Shown piece after piece: positions 7,365 through 15,603 of a stretch of DNA of 30,339 bases. The stretch spans positions 1-30,339 of the forward strand of contig JANPJM010000087.1 of assembly GCA_031425525.1 (NCBI GenBank), in the 5' to 3' direction. The translations under genes were made by a program, and so were the position numbers. The notes below the pieces were generated by a model. The model had not been told where the DNA came from. It was given only the letters and a program-made list of their open reading frames with translations, and ran no database searches. Position 1 is the first letter of the stretch. Each line of letters opens with the position of its first letter. This DNA is from Hymenobacteraceae bacterium. GTDB taxonomy: Bacteria > Bacteroidota > Bacteroidia > Cytophagales > Hymenobacteraceae.

Positions 7365-8017
7365 CCGAACTGCTTCAAGCGGCCGTTGCGCCGCCCAACC
7401 TGCTGCCGACGGCGCTGCTGGTCTTCGTGGTGCTGTACTGGCTGTCGGTGATGATCGGGCTGGTGGGGTCGGATGCGCTCGACCTGCACCACGACTTTGC
7501 GCACGATGTGGGGCACGACGTGGGCCACGACCACCCCGGAACGCACGGCGGCCTCGGCACCGACTGGCTCAACAACGCGCTGGCGTTCTTCAATCTGGGA
7601 CGGGTACCGCTGATGTTCTGGTTGTCGTTCGTGGCGCTGCCGCTCTGGGTGGGCAGTATTCTGGTGAACTACGAACTGGGCAATACGTCGGGGCTGGTTG
7701 GGCTGGCGCTGCTGCTGCCGCTGCTGCTGGTGAGCCTGTTCGTGGCCAAAATCCTGACGCTGCCGTTCGTCAAGCTGTTTGCGGCGATGGAAAAAGACCA
7801 CGGCGCCGGCGCGCAGCCCATCGGCAAGGTGTGTACCGTGGTGTTGCCCGCCACCCACGCGCTGCTCGGCCAGGCCAGTATTCGCCTCCCCGACGGCGCG
7901 CCGCTCACGCTCAACGTGAAAGCACTCTCGCCGACCGCTACCTTTCGCAAAGGCGACCAAGCGCTCGTGATCGATTTCGACGCCCAGCGCCGGTGCTATC
8001 TGATTGAGCCCTATTGA
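7361..8017 (+). CDS. YqiJ/DUF1449-like inner-membrane protein with a C-terminal NfeD-type OB-fold (flotillin partner)
   Basis: 218 aa with an N-terminal TM helix, a His/Asp-rich segment DLHHDFAHDVGHDVGHDHPGTHGG, further TM helices, and a C-terminal beta-rich GKVCTVVLPATHALLGQASIRLPDGAPLTLNVKALSPTATFRKGDQALVIDFD resembling the NfeD OB-fold. It is immediately upstream of a flotillin gene, as in E. coli yqiJ-yqiK. Confidence 0.7.
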   Translation: MTELLQAAVAPPNLLPTALLVFVVLYWLSVMIGLVGSDALDLHHDFAHDVGHDVGHDHPGTHGGLGTDWLNNALAFFNLGRVPLMFWLSFVALPLWVGSILVNYELGNTSGLVGLALLLPLLLVSLFVAKILTLPFVKLFAAMEKDHGAGAQPIGKVCTVVLPATHALLGQASIRLPDGAPLTLNVKALSPTATFRKGDQALVIDFDAQRRCYLIEPY

Positions 8018-8019
8018 TC

Positions 8020-8051
8020 GCTGATGTAGCTGATTGTCTGATTCCGCTGAT
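8020..8051 (+). promoter_or_regulatory. four tandem (G)CTGAT motifs at 9-bp spacing (8020, 8029, 8037, 8046), with additional TGAT motifs at 8001 and 8015
   Basis: Read directly: gCTGATgtaGCTGATtgtCTGATtccGCTGATttg. Lies in the 140-bp spacer before the flotillin gene. Confidence 0.4.
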
Positions 8052-8102
8052 TTGTTGAGTTGCCACATCGAACCCTACTAAACCGTCTGCTTCCTGCGCT
8101 GC

Positions 8103-8132
8103 GGGCGGGCACAAGGCCCGCCCCTACTTTTT
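8103..8132 (+). promoter_or_regulatory. GC hairpin (GGGCGGGC-acaag-GCCCGCCC) followed by CTACTTTTT; either an internal intrinsic terminator/attenuator or a Bacteroidota -7 promoter box (TAnnTTTG-like) for the flotillin gene
   Basis: 8-bp perfect stem followed by a T-run, 26 bp upstream of the flotillin ATG at 8158. The same hairpin+TACTTTTT arrangement recurs at 10333-10362. Confidence 0.45.
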
Positions 8133-8157
8133 CGGTTATCTTCCCCAATTCCCTCCA

Positions 8158-10332
8158 ATGATTGCCCAACTTTCGTGGGCGGCGCTGATCATCATCGGCC
8201 TGCTGCTCCTCGGTTTTCTTTCGATTCTGGTGCGCATGTACCAGAAAGCCGTGCAGGGCGAAGCCCTGGTGCGCACCGGCCTCGGCGACACGAAAGTGTC
8301 GTTTTCGGGGATGTTCGTCATTCCCATCATTCACCGGTTGGAGGTGATGGATATTACCCTCAAATCGATGGTGATTGCGCGTCACGGGGCCGAGGGGTTG
8401 GTGTGTAAAGACAACCTGCGGGCCGACGTGAAGGTCAATTTTTTCGTGCAGGTCAATAAAACGCCCGGCGATGTGATTCACGTCGCGCAGAGCATCGGCT
8501 GCCGGCGCGCTTCCGACCCGGCGGCGCTCGAAAACCTCTTCGACGCCAAGTTTTCCGAAGCGCTGAAAGCCGTCGGTAAACGGTTCGATTTTATCGAGCT
8601 GTATAATTCCCGCGAAGAATTCAAGCAGGAAATTTTGCGCGTCATCGGCACCGACCTCAACGGCTACGTCCTCGACGACTGCGCGATTGATTACCTGGAG
8701 CAAACGCCGTTGTCGGCGCTGAATGAAAATAATATTCTGGACGCCGAGGGCATCAAGAAAATCATTGCGCTGACGTCGGAACAGAAGATTCAGGCCAACC
8801 AGATCGAGCGCGACAAACAGCGCACGATTAAAAAACAGGACGTGGAAGCGCAGGAAACCATTTTGCAGCTCGAAAAGCAATTGGTGGAAAATCAGGAAAA
8901 GCAGAAGCGCGAAATTGCCAATATCAAAGCGCGCGAGGCGGCCGAAACCGAGAAAGTCATTCAGGAAGAACGGTTGAAGAGCGAGCGCGCCAAGATTCAG
9001 ACCGACGAAGAATTGCAGGTGGCCGGGCAAAACCGCGACCGGCAGATCATCGTGGCCGAGCGGAACAAGGAGCGCACCGACGCCATCGAAACCGAGCGGG
9101 TGGCCCAGGCCAAAGCGCTGGAAGCCAACGAGCGCGAGCGCATCGTGGCGCTGGCGCAGATCGAGAAGGAAAAAGCCCTCGAAGAAGAGCGCAAGAATAT
9201 TCAGGGCATCATCCGTGAGCGGATTACGGTGGAAAAAGCCACCGTGCAGGAGGAGGAGAAAATCAAGGATACCCGCGCCCAGGCCGGCGCCGAGCGCGAA
9301 AAAATGGTAGCGCTCACAGCCGCCCAGCAACTGAACCAGGCCGCAACCATCGCGCTGGTCGGGCAGGCCGAAATGGGCAAGCAAGCGGCCGAGTTCCGGG
9401 CGAAACAGGCGTTGATCGATGCCGAAGCCGAGCGCGGCACCGCCGAGCAGCACGCGCTGGCCGTGAAAGTGCTGGCGGAGGCAGAGGCGAGCAAAACGTC
9501 GGCCGTGGGGCTGGCCGAGGCCCAAGTGATGCAGGCCAAAGCGGGCGCGCGCCAGAAGGAAGGCGAAGCGGAAGCGCACGTCATGCAGCTTACGGCGACG
9601 GCCGAGGCGCAGGCGATTCAGGTGAAAGCGGTGGCGCAGGCCGAGGCCGACGAGAAGTTGGGGATGGTGGCGGCGAAAGTCAATCGCGAAAAAGGGCTCG
9701 CCGACGCCAGCATCATCGAAGCGCGCGCCGACGCCGACCAGAAGAAAGGTTTTGCCGAAGCCGCCGTGAGCGAGCAGAAATTTGCGGTGGAAGCCAAAGG
9801 CATCGAGGCGAAAGCCGACGCGATGAAGAAGCTCGACGGGGTGGGCAAAGACCACGAAGAGTTCAAGCTCCGGCTCGACAAGGAGAAGTCGGTGGAGCTG
9901 GCGCAGATCAGCATCCAGAAGGATATCGCTGCCGCGCAGAGCGCCGTTATCGGCGAGGCCCTCAAGGCGGCGAAAATCGACATCGTGGGCGGCGAAACGA
10001 TGTTCTTCGACCAGATCATCGGCTCGATCACGAAGGGTAAGATGATCGACCGGGCGGTGCAGAACAGCGAGGTGCTGGGCACGGTGAAGGACGCGTTTTT
10101 CGGCCCCGGCGCGGGCGGCGACGGCGACTTCAAAACCAATATGCGGCGGTTCGTCGAGCAGTTCGGCCTTAAGTCCGACGACATCAAGAACCTGAGCATT
10201 TCGGCCCTGATGCTGCAAATGATGCAAACCACCGACTCCGACAGCACGCGTTCCGCGCTCCGCCAACTGCTCGACACGGCCACCACGCTGGGGCTCGCCG
10301 ACAAGCCCGTGCGGACGATTGATTTGACGTAA
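8158..10332 (+). CDS. flotillin-family protein (SPFH/band-7 domain, YqiK-like) with a very long coiled-coil region; 724 aa
   Basis: N-terminal TM MIAQLSWAALIIIGLLLLGFLSILV, then an SPFH-like domain (VRTGLGDTKVSFSGMFVIPIIHRLEVMDITLKSMVI...), then hundreds of residues of E/K/A/Q-rich heptad-like repeats typical of flotillins. Confidence 0.85.
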   Translation: MIAQLSWAALIIIGLLLLGFLSILVRMYQKAVQGEALVRTGLGDTKVSFSGMFVIPIIHRLEVMDITLKSMVIARHGAEGLVCKDNLRADVKVNFFVQVNKTPGDVIHVAQSIGCRRASDPAALENLFDAKFSEALKAVGKRFDFIELYNSREEFKQEILRVIGTDLNGYVLDDCAIDYLEQTPLSALNENNILDAEGIKKIIALTSEQKIQANQIERDKQRTIKKQDVEAQETILQLEKQLVENQEKQKREIANIKAREAAETEKVIQEERLKSERAKIQTDEELQVAGQNRDRQIIVAERNKERTDAIETERVAQAKALEANERERIVALAQIEKEKALEEERKNIQGIIRERITVEKATVQEEEKIKDTRAQAGAEREKMVALTAAQQLNQAATIALVGQAEMGKQAAEFRAKQALIDAEAERGTAEQHALAVKVLAEAEASKTSAVGLAEAQVMQAKAGARQKEGEAEAHVMQLTATAEAQAIQVKAVAQAEADEKLGMVAAKVNREKGLADASIIEARADADQKKGFAEAAVSEQKFAVEAKGIEAKADAMKKLDGVGKDHEEFKLRLDKEKSVELAQISIQKDIAAAQSAVIGEALKAAKIDIVGGETMFFDQIIGSITKGKMIDRAVQNSEVLGTVKDAFFGPGAGGDGDFKTNMRRFVEQFGLKSDDIKNLSISALMLQMMQTTDSDSTRSALRQLLDTATTLGLADKPVRTIDLT

Positions 10333-10362
10333 GCGCGGACATTCTGTCCGCGCTACTTTTTC
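10333..10362 (+). terminator. hairpin GCGCGGACA-ttc-TGTCCGCGC followed by TACTTTTTT; intrinsic terminator/attenuator between the flotillin and giant ATPase genes (alternatively a -7 promoter box)
   Basis: Perfect 9-bp stem with a 3-nt loop and a T-tract, starting directly after the flotillin stop (10330-10332). The motif ends 6 bp before the ATG at 10368. Confidence 0.5.
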
Positions 10363-10367
10363 TCCGA

Positions 10368-13300
10368 ATGGAAACCCCTCCTCCCCCGCAGCTCGAAGGC
10401 GGCACGTACGAAATTCTGCGCGCCCGCCTGACCAAGAGCGGCGCCGACCTGCGCGCGCGCCTCACGGCCCTCAATGCCGAGCGTAAGCAGGTATTCGGGG
10501 CCGTCGATACGCGCCTGATCGGCACGGGCCGGATCACCACCGAACACCATTGCGTGCCCTGGAATATGGTGCCGGTGGGCGGGCGGTTTCTGTTCGGTTT
10601 CAACGTGGTACTGGGGCTGAAAACGGAGGTTGAGCTGAGCGACGTATTCGGTATCTACGACTACACCGACCACGATTTCCGCCCCCAGCCGCTCGATGCG
10701 TTGCGCGACCCCCGGTTCGAGGAGGAGTTTCGGAACCTCTACCGCTTCTACCGGCAGACCCAGTTTTCGGCCTTTGCCGTGCGCGGGCCGCACCTGTTCA
10801 TGGTGTTCCGGGTGGGCAAGAGCGCCACGGATGTCAAGACGTTCAAGTGGCTGATCGGCGCCGACGACCGCCTGACCTACCTCGACAACCGCTCCGACCA
10901 CGAGTACACCTTTCCGCCGGCGCAGGAATTCAGCTGGAAGCGCGCCACCCGCGATATGCAGCGCGGCGGGCGCCACCCGCACGTCTCGATTGAAGACCGC
11001 TGCTTCGTGGAAACCGTCGGCGGCGACCTCACGATCAAAGTCGAAGACAATACCGAAATCGGCCAGGGCATCCTCTCCGAGCCGGTCGAGCAGAAAGATC
11101 AGTCGCTCGATGACGCCGAGATTCACTACGCCGTAGTCGGGCATTTGGTGCTGCTCAAGATTCGGCCGTATCAGGAAGCCGCATTTCGCCATTTTTTGTA
11201 CAACGGCAAGACCCGGCAAGCGCGCCGCCTCGATGCGCTGGCCGACGCCGTGCAGTTGCTGCCCGACGGTCAGGGGTTGATTTTCCCCGGCGGCGTGGCC
11301 TTGCAGAACGGCGAAGGCAAACAGTTTGAGAACGCCCCCGCCGACACGGTTTTCGAGCGGCGCGTGGCCTCGCCCAACGGCGAAGACTACCTGTACTGCT
11401 TCTATCAGCGCACCAGCGGGCAGTATTGGCTGCTGAGCTACAACCGCATCGAGCAGCGCGTGGAGGCGCCGATTGCCTGCCACGGCTTCGCCCTCTTCGA
11501 CAACGGCGAGCTGTGCTTTTTCCGCGCCGAAGAAGAGCCGCGCAAGCACCACGCCGTGCAAATCTGGCAGACGCCCTACACCGCGCCCGACTACGAGTTA
11601 CCCGTCACGCGCGACTCGTACCTCTACAAACTCGGCAACAAGGAGATCGTGCGGGCGCTCGCCGAAGGGCAGGAAGTGCTGACCCTTACGGCCAAGGAAG
11701 ACAGCTACGCCGGCCTGTACCTCGACCTCGGCCGCCTCACCACCACCCTGCTCGACGCCTACCACTGGCTCACCGAACCCGCCGCCCAGACGCTGGCCGA
11801 GCCGTTGCGCGAGATTCGGCAGACGGCGCTGGCCGCCGTCGAGGAGTTCGATAAGGTGCAGCGGATCCGCAGCGCCACGGCCGCCGAAACCACCCTCGTG
11901 CTGACCCGCGCCACCGACCTGAGCGCCCGCCTGAAGCGCGCCGCGCCCGACACCGTGGCCGCCTACGTGCAGGCGCTGGCCGAGCTGCGGGCCGCGCGCG
12001 GCGAGGTGGTGGGCCTACGCGAACTGCGCTACGCCGACCTGCCCGCCATCGAGCGGGCCGCCACCGAATTGGAACTGCTCACCCAGGTGACGGCGAACCA
12101 GACGGTCGAATTCCTGCTCCGGCCCGACGCCCTCGCGCCCTACGAGCAGCGCGTGACGGCCATTGCCGACGGCATCGAGGGGGTGCAGAAAACGGTGGAA
12201 GCCGATGCGCGGGAGCAGGAAATCGGGGCGGTGTCGGGCGAGTTGGAACTGCTGATCGATGTAGTGGGCGGGCTGCCCATCCCCGACCCCACCCAAACCA
12301 CCGCCATCATCGAGCGGCTGTCGGCGATCTACGCCCGCTTCAACCAGATCAGGGCCGCCCTCAAGCGGCGGCGGCAAAGTTTGGCGGGCACCGAAGCCCA
12401 GGCGCAGTTTGCCGCCCAGCTCCGGCTGCTCGATCAAACGCTCGTCAATTACCTCGATCTGAGCGATACACCCGCCAAGTGCGACGAGTACCAGACCCGT
12501 CTGCTGGTGCAGCTCGAAGAAATCGAGGGGCGTTTTCCGGAGTTCGAAGGATTTTTGGAGCGCCTCACCGAGAAGCGCGAAGCCGTCCTCGAAGCGTTCG
12601 AGACGCGCAAGGCGGCCCTGGTGGCGGCCCGCAATCAGCGCGCAACGGCCCTGCTGCAAGCCGCCGAGCGCCTACTGACCGCCGTGCGCAGCCGGGTAGC
12701 GCGCCTGACCACCGCCGCCGAGCTGAACGGCTACTTTGCCGCCGATGTGCTGGTGGCGAAGGTGCGGCAGACGGCCGCCGAGCTGCTCGCCCTCGGCGAC
12801 CCGGTGAAGGCCGACGACGTGCAGGGGCGCCTCAAAACCCTGCGCGACGAGAGTCTGCGCCAACTCAAAGACCGCACGGAACTGTACACCGATGGCGGGC
12901 AGGTGATCCGGTTCGGGCCGCACGCCTTCACCGTAAACCAGCAACCGCTGGAACTCACGACGGTCTTGCGCGACGAGGTACTGCACTTTCACCTCACGGG
13001 CACCAACTTTTTTCAGCCCATCGCCGACCCCGCCATCGAGGCTGCCCGCGACCTGTGGGATCAGCCGCTACCGTCGGAAAACGCCCACGTGTACCGCGCC
13101 GAGTGGCTGGCGTGGCAGTTGCTGGAAGCAGCGGCCCACCCCGTCCCCGCCGACCCCGAACGCGGCACGCCGGCCGTGCTGTCGCTCCCGGAACTGGCGC
13201 ACCTCACGCCCCCCGAACTGCTGGCCTACGTGCAGACCGCGATGGCCCCGCGCTACCCCGAAGGCTACCTCAAGGGTGTCCACGACCACGACGGCGCCCT

Positions 13301-15293
13301 ACTCCTCGAAGCCCTCGTGCGCCTGGCCCGCACCGCCGACCTGCTGCGCTACCCCGCCGAGGCCCGCGCCGCCGCCGCGCTGTGGTGGGCGCAATTTGCG
13401 CCGCCCGAGCGCCGCGCGGCCTGGGAACTGCGGTTGCGCGGCCTCGGGCAGTTGCAGCGGGTGTTCCCCGGCGCCGATGCCAGTGCGGCGCTACGCGCCG
13501 AAATCGGGGCCGAGCTGGCGGCCTTCCTCACGCAAACCCAGCTTTTCGACCCGGCCGCCGTGGAAGAAGCGGCCGATTACCTTGTCACGGAGCGCGCGCG
13601 CGGCACCGCGTTCATCATCGCCGCCGAAGCCGCCGAACTGAGCCGCCTGTTCTGGCAGACCGTGCGCGAGCGCCAGGCCGATGCCGTCTTCGATGAGTCG
13701 ATGGCGGAGTTGGCCGCGCAACCCGCCGCCCGCTTTGCGCTGGCGCGCGAGTGGCTCGGCGCCTTTCTCGCCCAGCAACCCGCCGACGCACCGGCCGGCG
13801 CCCTGCGCCCGTGGCTGAGCGAGGCGGCATTGTTGCTCGTCACCGATTCCTTTGACGCCGCGCACGTCGTGAGCGTGCCCACGCGCCTCACGCTCGACGG
13901 TTTGCAGGGTACGCACCCGCGCATCCACGAACGCCGTTACGAGCTGGATTTTCCGGAGTTCCGCCACCGGCTGCGGCATTTCGGGCGCGTTACGGCGCCC
14001 CGGTTTGCCCACTTCACGGCCCTCAAAAAGGAGCGGCTTGCGCACGCCGCCGAGGCGCTGCGGCTCGCCGATTTTCAGCCGCGCGTGCTGTCGTCGTTCG
14101 TGCGCAACCGCCTGCTCGACCAGGTGTACCTGCCGCTGATCGGGGCTAACCTCGCCAAACAGATCGGCACGGCCGGCACCGACAAGCGCACCGACCTGAT
14201 GGGCCTACTGCTGCTCATCTCGCCGCCGGGCTACGGCAAAACCACGCTCATCGAGTACGTGGCGGCGCGCCTGGGGCTGGTGTTCGTGAAGGTCAGCGGC
14301 CCGGCGCTGGGGCATCACGTTACGGCTGTAGACCCCGAACAGGCGCCCAACGCCGGGGCCCGCGACGAGCTGCGGAAGCTGAACCTGGCGTTCGAGATGG
14401 GCGACAACGTGCTGATTTACCTCGATGACATCCAGCACTGCAACCCCGAGTTTCTGCAAAAATTCATCTCCCTCTGCGACGCCCAGCGCCGCATCGAGGG
14501 CGTGTGGGAGGGCCGCCCGCGCACCTACGATTTTCGGGGCCGCAAAGTGGCCGTCGTGATGGCCGGCAACCCCTACACCGAATCGGGCGACGTGTTTCGG
14601 CTGCCCGATATGCTCGCCAACCGCGCCGACATCTACAACCTCGGCGACATCATCGGCACGTCCGCCGACGCCTTCCGGCTTTCTTACCTCGAAAACAGCC
14701 TCACGGCGAACCCCGTTTTGCGGCGCCTCGCCACCCGTAGTCCCGCCGACTTTTACCCGATTCTGCGCCTCGCCGAAAGCGCCGATCAGGGGGGCGCCGC
14801 CGAGCCGCTCGACCTCGAAGCGAATCACTCGCCGGAAGAAATAGCGGAGTACGTGGCCGTGTTGCGCCACCTGCTGATCCTGCGCGACGCCGTGGTGCAG
14901 GTCAATGAGGCGTATATCGCGTCGGCGGCTCAGGCCCAGGATTACCGCACCGAGCCGCCCTTCCGGCTGCAAGGCTCCTACCGCAACATGGCCAAGCTCG
15001 CCGAGAAGGTGCAGCCCCTGCTCAACGCCGCCGAGCTGCAAGGGCTCCTCGCCGACCACTACGAAAGCGAGGCCCAGACCCTTACCACCGCCGCCGAAGC
15101 CAACCTGCTCAAGCTCCGCGAGCTACTCGGTTGGCAAACCCCCGCCGACACCGCGCGCTGGGCCGAAATCAAGGCGACGTTTCAGCACAATCTGCGCCTG
15201 AGCAGCGGCGGCCAAAACGCCCAGATGCTCGAGCAGCTCACGAGCATTGCCGGGGGGCTGGCGGGGATTCGGGAGGTGTTGGGGCGGGGGTAG
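10368..15293 (+). CDS. giant (1641 aa) multidomain protein: unknown N-terminal domain, about 800 aa helical/coiled-coil middle, C-terminal MoxR/dynein-type AAA+ (AAA_5-like) ATPase module
   Basis: Uninterrupted 4926-bp ORF. Walker A LLLLISPPGYGKTTLIEY (about 14228-14245), Walker B NVLIYLDDIQH (about 14409-14440), and sensor-1/Arg-finger region VAVVMAGNPYTESGDVFRLPDMLANRADIY. The middle is Ala/Leu/Glu/Arg-rich helical sequence. The antisense strand also has long open frames, as expected for this composition. Confidence 0.8.
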   Translation: METPPPPQLEGGTYEILRARLTKSGADLRARLTALNAERKQVFGAVDTRLIGTGRITTEHHCVPWNMVPVGGRFLFGFNVVLGLKTEVELSDVFGIYDYTDHDFRPQPLDALRDPRFEEEFRNLYRFYRQTQFSAFAVRGPHLFMVFRVGKSATDVKTFKWLIGADDRLTYLDNRSDHEYTFPPAQEFSWKRATRDMQRGGRHPHVSIEDRCFVETVGGDLTIKVEDNTEIGQGILSEPVEQKDQSLDDAEIHYAVVGHLVLLKIRPYQEAAFRHFLYNGKTRQARRLDALADAVQLLPDGQGLIFPGGVALQNGEGKQFENAPADTVFERRVASPNGEDYLYCFYQRTSGQYWLLSYNRIEQRVEAPIACHGFALFDNGELCFFRAEEEPRKHHAVQIWQTPYTAPDYELPVTRDSYLYKLGNKEIVRALAEGQEVLTLTAKEDSYAGLYLDLGRLTTTLLDAYHWLTEPAAQTLAEPLREIRQTALAAVEEFDKVQRIRSATAAETTLVLTRATDLSARLKRAAPDTVAAYVQALAELRAARGEVVGLRELRYADLPAIERAATELELLTQVTANQTVEFLLRPDALAPYEQRVTAIADGIEGVQKTVEADAREQEIGAVSGELELLIDVVGGLPIPDPTQTTAIIERLSAIYARFNQIRAALKRRRQSLAGTEAQAQFAAQLRLLDQTLVNYLDLSDTPAKCDEYQTRLLVQLEEIEGRFPEFEGFLERLTEKREAVLEAFETRKAALVAARNQRATALLQAAERLLTAVRSRVARLTTAAELNGYFAADVLVAKVRQTAAELLALGDPVKADDVQGRLKTLRDESLRQLKDRTELYTDGGQVIRFGPHAFTVNQQPLELTTVLRDEVLHFHLTGTNFFQPIADPAIEAARDLWDQPLPSENAHVYRAEWLAWQLLEAAAHPVPADPERGTPAVLSLPELAHLTPPELLAYVQTAMAPRYPEGYLKGVHDHDGALLLEALVRLARTADLLRYPAEARAAAALWWAQFAPPERRAAWELRLRGLGQLQRVFPGADASAALRAEIGAELAAFLTQTQLFDPAAVEEAADYLVTERARGTAFIIAAEAAELSRLFWQTVRERQADAVFDESMAELAAQPAARFALAREWLGAFLAQQPADAPAGALRPWLSEAALLLVTDSFDAAHVVSVPTRLTLDGLQGTHPRIHERRYELDFPEFRHRLRHFGRVTAPRFAHFTALKKERLAHAAEALRLADFQPRVLSSFVRNRLLDQVYLPLIGANLAKQIGTAGTDKRTDLMGLLLLISPPGYGKTTLIEYVAARLGLVFVKVSGPALGHHVTAVDPEQAPNAGARDELRKLNLAFEMGDNVLIYLDDIQHCNPEFLQKFISLCDAQRRIEGVWEGRPRTYDFRGRKVAVVMAGNPYTESGDVFRLPDMLANRADIYNLGDIIGTSADAFRLSYLENSLTANPVLRRLATRSPADFYPILRLAESADQGGAAEPLDLEANHSPEEIAEYVAVLRHLLILRDAVVQVNEAYIASAAQAQDYRTEPPFRLQGSYRNMAKLAEKVQPLLNAAELQGLLADHYESEAQTLTTAAEANLLKLRELLGWQTPADTARWAEIKATFQHNLRLSSGGQNAQMLEQLTSIAGGLAGIREVLGRG

Positions 15294-15603
15294 CTTGGGG
15301 GCAATCCCAAGCGGTGGGATACAAGTCGTTTGTAGCCTCACGCCCACTGCCGACCTTTGAAGCACAGGTGCTGCACTCCAACCATCTGCTGGCCTGCGGT
15401 GGGCAACAAGCCGATAAGCTGGCTGTGCCCAACAGGAGGCGCGGCAGCGATCTGATATATTAAAAATTGCTGCGCTATATAAAACGAACACACGGCTGAC
15501 CGCCCCACCAATGACCCACAGAGCAGATCGCCCTGATTGACGCGCAACGGTTGGGCCAGCGGAACCTGCTGGTGGCGGCTCACTCGCCTATCTTGCACCG
15601 CAT

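Noticed and set aside
8011-10266. 751-aa ORF antisense to the flotillin gene
   Set aside because: Antisense to a coiled-coil gene rich in GAG/GCC/AAG codons. Such composition keeps antisense frames open. The product is low-complexity (R/L/G/F-rich) with no motifs, while the sense strand encodes a textbook flotillin.
10353-15059. Multiple long ORFs inside or antisense to the giant gene (10353-11561 minus, 12015-12659 minus, 12479-13696 plus, 13491-14045 minus, 14205-15059 minus, and others)
   Set aside because: They are high-GC frame artefacts with Arg/Pro/Ala/Gly-rich translations. The plus-strand 1641-codon frame carries coherent ATPase motifs.
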